In this document: positions 9,240-15,751 of the stretch, one piece after another
How positions within the stretch are numbered: the stretch's first letter is position 1
Layout: every line of letters starts with the position of its first letter
DNA from: Laceyella sacchari
GTDB lineage: Bacteria; Bacillota; Bacilli; Thermoactinomycetales; Thermoactinomycetaceae
DNA: 24,000 bases
Reading direction: 5' to 3'
Assembly (NCBI RefSeq): GCF_004343255.1
Contig: NZ_SMDD01000003.1
Coordinates: forward strand, 373,038 to 397,037
Made by a program: the position numbers and the translations under genes
Notes under the pieces: generated by a model
The model's input: only the letters and a program-made list of their open reading frames with translations
What the model was told of the DNA's origin: nothing
Database searches by the model: none

Positions 9240-10382
9240 TCACCGCCCGTTCGAGACAGGTTTGGCCTTGCCGATTCGTTCCGCGATGACGCGGGCCAAC
9301 ACCTCTACCGAACGGTTCGCTTCTTCAAACGTATTATCCACCCCCCCAACCTCAACGAGCAGGCTGTTGGGTGACAACGATTGGTTATACTCTCCGTTGT
9401 TCCCTTTTTCGCGCTTTTTAATAATCACCGTGCTGCAAATTCCGGGAACCACCTCGTTCAGCCGTTTGTACAACTCGCGCGCCAGCCGCAGATTTTCTTC
9501 ATAGTTCTTGCTTTCCCTGCCCACCACAAAAGCGAGCCGGGCATAAGCTTTCCCATTCACCACTTTGGTCGTTTTGGGGCGCCGTTGGGCATCACGATGT
9601 AAGTCAATCAAATAAGTGACATCCTCATGTTGCGCCATGGCTTCCTTCACCATTTTTCGCGATTGAACATACGCACCGGAATTCCATGTGTATTTTCGAT
9701 TGACAGTTACCGCCCCTACGCCCATCCTCTCCAGTTGGTTGGCCATATGCTTGGATACAGTGGTAATATTTTTGCGTACGTCCGAAGCCAAGCGGGGATC
9801 TTTCTTTCCTAACTCCGGAAGATAAGACTCCCAAAAATGCGTATTGTAAATCAACACTTGTTTATTTTTGATCGAACCGGTGGGACGTTCATTCACATCT
9901 TCATCAGGGTCTTCCATCGCTTTGATGATCTCTTGCTCCAATTCCGGAGGCGGCGGGGATTCAATCGGAATCGAGGTGTAATCAAAATCGCTGCTCGCCA
10001 CATCGATTTCACTGTCAAACAAGTCATACATGGGAAGCTCCTTTCCCAAATACGTGCGCGGGTCTCTCAGATCAATGCTAGTAGCTAATTCCAAAGCCAT
10101 TCGAGACGCGATCTCTTCCATTCCGGCTTCCTGCATCTTTTCTTGCAGATACGGGATATTTTCACTCATCGCCATCAACAGCGTTTTGGACGAGATATGG
10201 GAGGTGATGCGGCTAAATTCTGCAGAAGCCAATCGGCTTTTGGCTTGTCCCATGGCAAGCGCTCCCGCCAAAGCGAAAGTAAAGGCGACAGCCAAACAGA
10301 GCAGGACGAACGTCTGCCTCGTCCTGGGTTGCGACATGTTGACGGTGATAAAGCTGTGATACCGTTTTTTCACCAGGTCCAC
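9240..10382 (-). CDS. spoIIP: Stage II sporulation protein P (SpoIIP, engulfment amidase/endopeptidase)
   Basis: 380-aa ORF with an N-terminal TM segment (FVLLCLAVAFTFALAGALAMG). The C-terminal domain has motifs I recall for SpoIIP: VLIYNTHFWESY, YLIDLHRD, LLVEVGGVDNTFEEA. It lies downstream of gpr as in B. subtilis. Confidence 0.85.
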   Translation of the reverse strand: MDLVKKRYHSFITVNMSQPRTRQTFVLLCLAVAFTFALAGALAMGQAKSRLASAEFSRITSHISSKTLLMAMSENIPYLQEKMQEAGMEEIASRMALELATSIDLRDPRTYLGKELPMYDLFDSEIDVASSDFDYTSIPIESPPPPELEQEIIKAMEDPDEDVNERPTGSIKNKQVLIYNTHFWESYLPELGKKDPRLASDVRKNITTVSKHMANQLERMGVGAVTVNRKYTWNSGAYVQSRKMVKEAMAQHEDVTYLIDLHRDAQRRPKTTKVVNGKAYARLAFVVGRESKNYEENLRLARELYKRLNEVVPGICSTVIIKKREKGNNGEYNQSLSPNSLLVEVGGVDNTFEEANRSVEVLARVIAERIGKAKPVSNGR

Positions 10383-10552
10383 CTTCTATCAATTCATCTC
10401 TTCCACAACTTATGAGAGACGAAATCGAAGTAGAACCTAGCACGCTTCATTTCAAAGGCTGATAGAAAAGAGAGCGCCATCCTTCGGCAAAAAGAAAAGG
10501 GCCATGCCGGCGCAAAACAGCCGTTCATGACCCATCTTCCACATTGCCACGC

Positions 10553-10933
10553 TCAACTCACATGCGAAGCAACGTTATCCATGGTCACCGCCCCGTGCAA
10601 GGCGCAGTTTAATCCGTTTGCCAACAGCTTGGCCATGTTACCGATGAAAGAATCCACTTCTTTTGGGGTGACGATCAGATTTTGCCCGAGCGGTGACAAC
10701 ACCTCGTGAATCAGTTGCCGCTTGTCTTCGGGATCAAGCGATCCAAACATCCCCATCATGCGCGTCTGCGTTTCCGGCGGTACTTGGTAGTTTTGCAAGT
10801 CCCGCACACTCGGCCGGTTATGCGGGTCCAGCGGATTGCCGCGCACCCCATGCATTTCCCGTCCCAAATGGGACAATACATAATCGATCGTGTCATGGGC
10901 GATGGTCACTGCATCAACTACCGTAGGAACTCC
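10553..10933 (-). CDS. gpr: Germination protease Gpr, 3' segment (about the last 121 codons plus core), detached from its 5' segment by the insertion
   Basis: The in-situ ORF is 10553..10978, but its first 13 codons (MLMPAQIHTGKIM) are element DNA. From GVPTV onward it reads [22 protein letters not shown]...[44 protein letters not shown]. This matches the Gpr C-terminus as I recall it from B. subtilis (VDAVTIASDTVDYILKHFGREM...[44 protein letters not shown]). Confidence 0.9.
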   Translation of the reverse strand, partial: [126 protein letters not shown]

Positions 10934-12689
10934 TACTGCCATTATTTTGCCGGTATGAATCTGTGCCGGCATGAGCAAACGCCGCAGCCGTTTCTCGTGC
11001 GCAACTCACCGCCTCAAAAAACTTGACCACATCAAAGTGAATCGCTACCTCTATCGTCTCCTCGCGGACCGTAACATAATCCACAATGCTCCCCAACATT
11101 TGTCTTTTTTCTTCCGTGGTGGCTTGGTCAAACAGCGCTCCCCAATCCAACAACAGATCTTGCAACTTGAGCACGTCAATCTCTGAAAGCCCATTGGCAT
11201 CTTTCAGTGCCTTCATCTCTTCATACAGCCTTTGCGCGCTTTCCAACTCTTTTACAGCTTTCTCATACAACTCCTTAAGCTGGGCTTCAGAAAAAGGGGA
11301 TTCCTCACCCATCAAAATCTTCAACAGATGGTTATTGGCGTTTTCTTTTGCCCTTTGCCATTGCTCCATGTCTTGCTTCGACTGTGCTAGCTTCTCTTCA
11401 ATCTCCTTGGAGGCGTTTAAAGTCTGTTTTTGAATCTCCACCAACACATTGGAGTTTACCATTTCCTTCAGATATTCTTTTACTTTCTCAATCACCGCAG
11501 ACTCGATCTTCTCCGCCCTGTGTGAACCTTTCTTTGCTCCGCATGCCTGAACCCCTGCTTTAAGCCTTTTCAGGCACCTGTAAATGCCATACAATTCGCC
11601 TCTTTTGGTTCTCTTATGGTCAAGCCAGTCCCTCCGGCTGCCATAAGTCATGCTGCTCCCACATTCACAAGTTAACACACCCACGAGCAGGCCTTTGCCC
11701 GTTCCTTTTCTGACGGGAGTGTTACCACCAAAATGTGACGCGACATCTACCCGGGCTTTTTTCATTTTCTGTGCTCTCTCCCACACCTCGGCAGGAACAA
11801 TCTCATACTCTGCCCAGTACCGCTCGGATACAAGCTCTTCTCCTTCTTTGGTGTACTTTTGATAGGAACCAAACTCTCCTTCTACTTTTTTGGTTTTTCC
11901 ATAGGATAAATACCCCTTGTAAATGGTGTTGCGGAGAATTTTACGAATCCCTTCTGCTTTCCACTCTCTGCCGGTTCTCGTTTTTAACCCTTTTTCGTTT
12001 AAAATACCCGCGATTTTTAACATGCCATACCCTTCAGAGGTGTAAAGCCGATATATTTCTTTCACCACTTCCGCCTCTTTGGGATTGATCTGCAACATAT
12101 TGGACATTTCAGGATGATTGATATAGCCATAGGGTGGGTTGCCCCCAGTCCAAAACCCTTCCTTGTGAATCAATTTCATCATGTCAGTAACACGCACTTT
12201 GGTGTCCATGGACGCTTTCTTGGCTGACCAAAACTCAATGAAGTTTAAAATCTCATCCGCATCTCCGTTATTGGTAAACTCCCTGTCCTTGTCCACGACC
12301 CATATGCGGCAATGCCGCAGAAACCGGATAGCATGGTTTAAACTTTCGGTAGATCGTCTGCCGATTCGGTCCAGCTTGTACACCAACAAAATGTCATACA
12401 AGCCTTTTTTGGCATCCTCAAACGCCCGATTTAAACCCGTTCTCTTGCTGACATGTGTGTGAAACCCAGACACACCCGCCTCCACATACTCCAGCCCTGT
12501 AAATATCCAATCGGGCTTATTTGCGATATATTCCATGCATTTCTCTTTTTGCAGGGGCAGATCATTCTCATCTGAAATGGGTCTGGCGGACATTTTCCCA
12601 GTCCTGGAAGCTGCTTTCTTTTTCCCCTGGCTAGTTTGCTTGTTCGTACTCGCCCTCATAAACAAAGCAACTCGTAGCTTTTCCCCCAT
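10914..12689 (-). CDS. Large serine recombinase (site-specific integrase/excisionase of the gpr element)
   Basis: 591 aa. The resolvase-type catalytic domain has VALFMRASTNKQ (candidate nucleophile Ser) and ILLVYKLDRIGRR. The recombinase domain has GGNPPYGY. A Cys-rich zinc-ribbon region reads CECGSSM...YRCLKRLKAGVQACG. A long coiled-coil follows (EEKLAQSKQDMEQWQRAKENANNHLLKIL...). An AAAGGAG SD is present. The ORF 3' end crosses the attL core and stops in host gpr DNA. Confidence 0.92.
   Translation of the reverse strand: MGEKLRVALFMRASTNKQTSQGKKKAASRTGKMSARPISDENDLPLQKEKCMEYIANKPDWIFTGLEYVEAGVSGFHTHVSKRTGLNRAFEDAKKGLYDILLVYKLDRIGRRSTESLNHAIRFLRHCRIWVVDKDREFTNNGDADEILNFIEFWSAKKASMDTKVRVTDMMKLIHKEGFWTGGNPPYGYINHPEMSNMLQINPKEAEVVKEIYRLYTSEGYGMLKIAGILNEKGLKTRTGREWKAEGIRKILRNTIYKGYLSYGKTKKVEGEFGSYQKYTKEGEELVSERYWAEYEIVPAEVWERAQKMKKARVDVASHFGGNTPVRKGTGKGLLVGVLTCECGSSMTYGSRRDWLDHKRTKRGELYGIYRCLKRLKAGVQACGAKKGSHRAEKIESAVIEKVKEYLKEMVNSNVLVEIQKQTLNASKEIEEKLAQSKQDMEQWQRAKENANNHLLKILMGEESPFSEAQLKELYEKAVKELESAQRLYEEMKALKDANGLSEIDVLKLQDLLLDWGALFDQATTEEKRQMLGSIVDYVTVREETIEVAIHFDVVKFFEAVSCARETAAAFAHAGTDSYRQNNGSRSSYGS
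10926..10933. repeat. attL core octamer GGAACTCC (left junction of the insertion)
   Basis: This is the exact point where Gpr-coding sequence gives way to unrelated DNA. An identical octamer sits at the right junction (21814..21821). The crossover dinucleotide cannot be resolved within the 8 bp. Confidence 0.75.
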
Positions 12690-12783
12690 TCTGTCTATCT
12701 CCTTTTCTATCCTACTGTCATATTATTGCTGGTATTATACATCGATTGAGAACACGGGCGCAAACAAAGAAAAAAGGAGAGAT

Positions 12784-12948
12784 TTAATCTTCTCCCCTTT
12801 CCAGCTGATTTTTCGCCTTCTGGCTGTAATACCTGGAAGCGACCTGGATAAAAACTTTTTGGAAATCATCCACCCTGCGCTCAATCTCAACAGATGACAA
12901 CTTGTTCTTTGCATGGACTATTCTAATGTTGTAATCAGTCATGGTCAT
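12784..12948 (-). CDS. 54-aa hypothetical protein upstream of the recombinase (candidate recombination directionality factor or regulator)
   Basis: Below the ORF-track size cutoff and found by hand translation: MTMTDYNIRIVHAKNKLSSVEIERRVDDFQKVFIQVASRYYSQKAKNQLERGED. A GGAAAGGG SD lies about 6 nt upstream of the ATG at 12948. It is on the same strand as the recombinase and ends 94 nt upstream of the recombinase start. I recognise no family. Confidence 0.4.
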   Translation of the reverse strand: MTMTDYNIRIVHAKNKLSSVEIERRVDDFQKVFIQVASRYYSQKAKNQLERGED

Positions 12949-13041
12949 GTCAGCCCTTTCCACTTCTGATCAACATTATTTCCTATCCAGACGATAGCCA
13001 TTCCATAGGGCTGATAGACATGAGAAGCAAAGCAGAAAACG

Positions 13042-13069
13042 ATTATGAAGCTACTGGCCTATTTATCAA
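13042..13069 (-). promoter_or_regulatory. Candidate sigmaA-type promoter for the small ORF and recombinase unit
   Basis: The minus strand has TTGATA (complement of 13064..13069), a 16-nt spacer, then CATAAT (complement of 13042..13047). It lies about 95 nt upstream of the 54-aa ORF. A second perfect TATAAT lies between the small ORF and the recombinase (minus strand, about 12730). No convincing sporulation-sigma consensus was seen by eye. Confidence 0.3.
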
Positions 13070-13075
13070 CGCTCC

Positions 13076-13092
13076 AGTAAAATCTAATGGAT
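13076..13092 (+). repeat. Direct repeat copy A: AGTAAAATCTAATGGAT
   Basis: 17/17 identity with 15247..15263. Similarity continues imperfectly (ATTTAT upstream, then CTGGAGGC and ATTTA downstream) in both copies. Copy A overlaps the 3' end of the 105-aa minus-strand ORF. Confidence 0.85.
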
Positions 13093-13100
13093 TATTATAT

Positions 13101-13418
13101 CTACTCACTGGAGGCTGCACCATTTAAGAAATCCTCATGCCTCTGCTTTTGAAGCGTGTACAGTAGTTCCATCCTTTGTTCATACTCTCCATGAACATCT
13201 ACTCTGAAGACATCTTCGATTCTTCTTATGATATAACCATCATTTGTGCCCTCAGGAGTTACATGTTTCATAACAAACTGCTCATCGGAGATCGCATCTA
13301 TAAATCCAGCAGAGAAATTTCCCGGCTGATTCCGATCGGAATAAACAGAAACAATCATCCCTTTATAAAGCGAACGCTTTAAAGCTTCAAGTATACGGCT
13401 TTCTCCCATTTGTCTCAT
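13101..13418 (-). CDS. Hypothetical soluble protein, about 102-105 aa (possible small beta-barrel or immunity-type protein)
   Basis: ORF MRQMGESRILEALKRSLYKGMIVSVYSDRNQPGNFSAGFIDAISDEQFVMKHVTPEGTNDGYIIRRIEDVFRVDV... The likely start is the ATG at 13409, with AAGGGG 9 nt upstream. It has no hydrophobic segments. Its last codons lie in the CTGGAGGC part of repeat copy A, so the 3' end may be recombinant or truncated. Confidence 0.55.
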   Translation of the reverse strand: MRQMGESRILEALKRSLYKGMIVSVYSDRNQPGNFSAGFIDAISDEQFVMKHVTPEGTNDGYIIRRIEDVFRVDVHGEYEQRMELLYTLQKQRHEDFLNGAASSE

Positions 13419-13641
13419 CCCCTTGTTTAGTGTTAATAAACAAATGAATGATTTTTTTCAATCTAGATACACCTACTATTTCGCAAATAATAACCATGGA
13501 ACTTAACAAAATTCCTCCCACAAATAAAAATAAATAAAGCATAGCAATAGCATAACGATGTTCGGAGATCGTTTTCATCATGTCCATAAACATATCAACT
13601 AACATCGATGTAAAAATCGGAATCTCTAAACAAAGTCGCAT
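13387..13641 (-). CDS. Hypothetical small membrane protein (84 aa)
   Basis: An open frame in about 25-30% G+C DNA, where stop codons are frequent by chance. It has a hydrophobic core (AIAMLYLFLFVGGILLSSMVIICEIVGV) and overlaps both neighbours. No clear SD is present, so it may be a fragment. Confidence 0.35.
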   Translation of the reverse strand: MRLCLEIPIFTSMLVDMFMDMMKTISEHRYAIAMLYLFLFVGGILLSSMVIICEIVGVSRLKKIIHLFINTKQGDETNGRKPYT

Positions 13642-13882
13642 AAACGAGCTCTTGCGTTAATATAATGACCACAATTGCAAGTGCTACTTCCAACATGGTA
13701 TTCTCTTCTCCTCTTTCATCCATTTCATGCAGGATAAATTCTTCCTCCACACCTAACAAATCGGGCTTAAGCCCTTGATCACCTTTATTTACGTCTATAG
13801 GGAATATCCCGCTCTTCATTCCCCTTCCTATAATGAAAAGGAATATACTCAAAGAGCATATCCCTTTTTGCATGAGCATCAA
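13595..13882 (-). CDS. Hypothetical small membrane protein (about 94 aa)
   Basis: It has two hydrophobic segments (ICSLSIFLFIIG; LEVALAIVVIILTQ) separated by an acidic loop. The ATG at 13879 overlaps the upstream stop as TGATG, a translational-coupling pattern. No SD is present. An alternative internal start (MKSGIF) is preceded by GGAAGGGGA. Confidence 0.35.
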   Translation of the reverse strand: MMLMQKGICSLSIFLFIIGRGMKSGIFPIDVNKGDQGLKPDLLGVEEEFILHEMDERGEENTMLEVALAIVVIILTQELVYATLFRDSDFYIDVS

Positions 13883-14163
13883 TATGAAATAGGCATATAT
13901 TTATACGCCAAAACACTAAGCACACAGTCGAATATAAAAAAACCTAAAAACAACTTTTTGTTCCTCGATAAATAATCCTTTTTATTCTGTGAAAATAAAA
14001 ATTTAACCAGATACGGTACCCATGGAACAACCCAAACAAACCCTACTTGTAATAACGACTTTAGCTCATCATGAACATAATCCGTTAAAATAAATAATAA
14101 TCCTGCTACTAGCACACATCCTATTGCACTTACATTTACTTCTATTTTTTCTTTTCTACTCAT
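13879..14163 (-). CDS. Hypothetical small membrane protein (94 aa)
   Basis: A GGGAG SD lies 9 nt upstream of the ATG at 14163. There are three hydrophobic segments (AIGCVLVAGLLFIL; VGFVWVVPWVPYLVKFLF; LFLGFFIFDCVLSVLAY). It overlaps the upstream ORF by 8 nt (ATGAGTAG). Confidence 0.5.
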   Translation of the reverse strand: MSRKEKIEVNVSAIGCVLVAGLLFILTDYVHDELKSLLQVGFVWVVPWVPYLVKFLFSQNKKDYLSRNKKLFLGFFIFDCVLSVLAYKYMPISY

Positions 14164-14401
14164 TTTCTTTTTCTCCCTTAGTCGTTGACTCCAAATACTC
14201 TGCAGTTAAAAATACGAAAATAATTATATAAATAAAACATAAAGGATAATAATCTACAAACCTTCTATAGATCGTCCCTTTTAGTTTAACGTTTACCTTC
14301 CACTTATGTTCAAGCCAAACAATATTTATCCCATTAATCAAGCATAAAAGTAACGCATATTCGATACTATTAAAATATATACACAACAAAACAAATGACA
14401 T
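14156..14401 (-). CDS. Hypothetical small membrane protein (81 aa)
   Basis: It has hydrophobic segments (FVLLCIYF...ALLLCLINGINIV; YYPLCFIYIIIFVFLTA) and an acidic tail. No recognisable SD is present. It is retained because a long open frame in very AT-rich DNA is unlikely by chance. Confidence 0.4.
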   Translation of the reverse strand: MSFVLLCIYFNSIEYALLLCLINGINIVWLEHKWKVNVKLKGTIYRRFVDYYPLCFIYIIIFVFLTAEYLESTTKGEKENE

Positions 14402-14500
14402 GAAAATATAATTAATAAAAAAGAAACAGAATTACCTTTCGGTAGTTATCATTAAACTTCTCTTTCAGTTCATTGATCATCGTCTTAAATCCCCTTTGTT

Positions 14501-14538
14501 TAATAAGGTGGCAAGTACTGTACCATACCACCTTATTA
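14501..14538. repeat. Perfect 11-bp inverted repeat TAATAAGGTGG-N16-CCACCTTATTA
   Basis: Arms are at 14501..14511 and 14528..14538. It lies in the 217-nt gap between the TPR gene and the small-membrane-protein ORFs. No flanking T-run is present on either strand, so it is not a canonical terminator. Confidence 0.8.
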
Positions 14539-14618
14539 AAAGGCATTCAATTTTACTTTGACGCCCGATGGAGCTGCACAATCATGGGACGTTCAACAAG
14601 ACACCCATTACACATTTT

Positions 14619-15188
14619 TCATCCTTGGCCTTCAAATAACTGCGGATATTTCTTTCTCAGTCTTTGATATCTTCGTTTAGATAAAGAATGTCTCATACAA
14701 TATTGATAAACCTCATTTGCTTTGTCATTCATCCCTTTTTGCAAATATGCCTTGATAACTTTGATAAATTGATCTTTCACCTTTATCCCTTCCGCCTGAA
14801 TCAAAATAGGATAGGCTTTATCAAAATAACCGATGGCCTGATCTATTTCCCCCTTATCATAATAAAGCCTTCCTATATTGTAATTTAATACTGCCCGCTC
14901 CAACTCATGTACATCCCGTTGCAAACCCGCCTGCAATATTTGAATGGCTAATTTCTTATTTCGAAGAAGAAACTCATAATTATGGGATCGTTCTAAGATA
15001 TCATTGAAAGTACGAATTTTTTTGAAAAAACATCGATAAATAAGCCAAGTAATTATTAAAACACCGATAAATAAACGGATCCAGTCCAATGATATAACCT
15101 CCATTGCCGGCAAAACAAGCGGGTAGATTGAAGGAAAAAAATGAGACAGGCATAAATCCTTAAAATGCACCTTTATTTTATAATTCAA
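14619..15188 (-). CDS. Membrane-anchored TPR-repeat protein
   Basis: The maximal ORF has a TTG start at 15188 with no SD. A better start is the TTG at 15089, preceded by GGAGG (complement of 15098..15102) with 8-nt spacing, giving about 156 aa. The protein then begins DWIRLFIGVLIITWLIYRCFF (a TM anchor). TPR-like helices follow (AVLNYNIGRLYYDKGEIDQAIGYFDKAYPI...KVIKAYLQKGMNDKANEVYQYC) and the tail is basic. Confidence 0.65.
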   Translation of the reverse strand: MNYKIKVHFKDLCLSHFFPSIYPLVLPAMEVISLDWIRLFIGVLIITWLIYRCFFKKIRTFNDILERSHNYEFLLRNKKLAIQILQAGLQRDVHELERAVLNYNIGRLYYDKGEIDQAIGYFDKAYPILIQAEGIKVKDQFIKVIKAYLQKGMNDKANEVYQYCMRHSLSKRRYQRLRKKYPQLFEGQG

Positions 15189-15246
15189 TTTACTAAATTA
15201 ACAAGAATAGTATATTCCGATTTTGTTGCAGAATTTATTTTATATT

Positions 15247-15263
15247 AGTAAAATCTAATGGAT
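15247..15263 (+). repeat. Direct repeat copy B: AGTAAAATCTAATGGAT
   Basis: Identical to 13076..13092. Here it overlaps a plausible promoter (TTGCAG 15226..15231, 17-nt spacer, TAAAAT 15249..15254). It is followed by the CTGGAGGC SD of the 108-aa gene. Confidence 0.85.
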
Positions 15264-15299
15264 AATGATTAAGCACCTAATAGCTGGAGGCAATTTACA

Positions 15300-15626
15300 A
15301 TGAAAGATGTGTGTTTCTGTGATGAAACCTTTGAAATACTTGTTGAAGCAGAAGTATCTGCTGATCCGATTTGGTGTAATAAATGTAAAGCAAACTTAGA
15401 TCTTGATGAACTTCCAATATCAGAAGAACTAAAAGCAGAACTATATGAATGGAACAGTACTTTTAGTAACCATCTAGCATCTCATAATTACAACGGAATA
15501 ACACAATCTTTTTCAGAATGGTTAAATGCAAGTGGTGAAAACTTAACAAAAAAATTAAGCGCAGAACTAACTAACACATATGTAATCCAATATCATCCTT
15601 ACGAATCAATTATTAAAGAAAAATAG
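15300..15626 (+). CDS. Hypothetical 108-aa protein with N-terminal CxC...CxxC (zinc-ribbon-like) motif; candidate immunity protein
   Basis: ATG start with a GGAGG SD (15286..15290) at 9-nt spacing. Cysteines lie at residues 5, 7, 26 and 29 (DVCFCDETF...PIWCNKCKANL), followed by a helical acidic region. It is the only plus-strand gene in the element and converges on the 3' end of the RHS toxin gene. Confidence 0.7.
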   Translation: MKDVCFCDETFEILVEAEVSADPIWCNKCKANLDLDELPISEELKAELYEWNSTFSNHLASHNYNGITQSFSEWLNASGENLTKKLSAELTNTYVIQYHPYESIIKEK

Positions 15627-15688
15627 AAAAACTAATCACATTAACATATCCACACAATCTAGTGTTTTTTACCTGTAGCTTAGCACGA

Positions 15689-15725
15689 TAAAAAAATCCC
15701 CTTGATCGTTAATACGTTCAAGGGG
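15689..15725 (-). terminator. Rho-independent terminator immediately after the RHS toxin gene (hairpin shared with the convergent gene)
   Basis: The minus strand reads CCCCTTGA-12 nt loop-TCAAGGGG (8-bp perfect stem, 15698..15705 / 15718..15725) followed by ATTTTTTT. It starts 27 nt after the RHS stop codon. Confidence 0.7.
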
Positions 15726-15751
15726 TCATTTCTAGATAGGCAGAAGCTACA

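Noticed and set aside
10383-10552. A terminator between the gpr stop and the spoIIP start
   Set aside because: There are GC-rich palindromic pieces (GCCGGC, GCGCC...GGCGC), but I could not fold a convincing stem followed by a T-run, so no call was made.
10934-10978. The N-terminal extension MLMPAQIHTGKIM, which makes the gpr 3' fragment look like an independent 141-aa gene
   Set aside because: These codons are element DNA that happens to be open in the gpr frame. They also lie inside the recombinase ORF in another frame. No SD is present, so I treat the fragment as the detached 3' segment of gpr rather than a stand-alone gene.
12535-12897. 120-aa plus-strand ORF
   Set aside because: It overlaps the recombinase 5' end and the SD-supported 54-aa ORF in antisense. 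It has no SD, and its hydrophobic low-complexity translation comes from a pyrimidine-rich strand.
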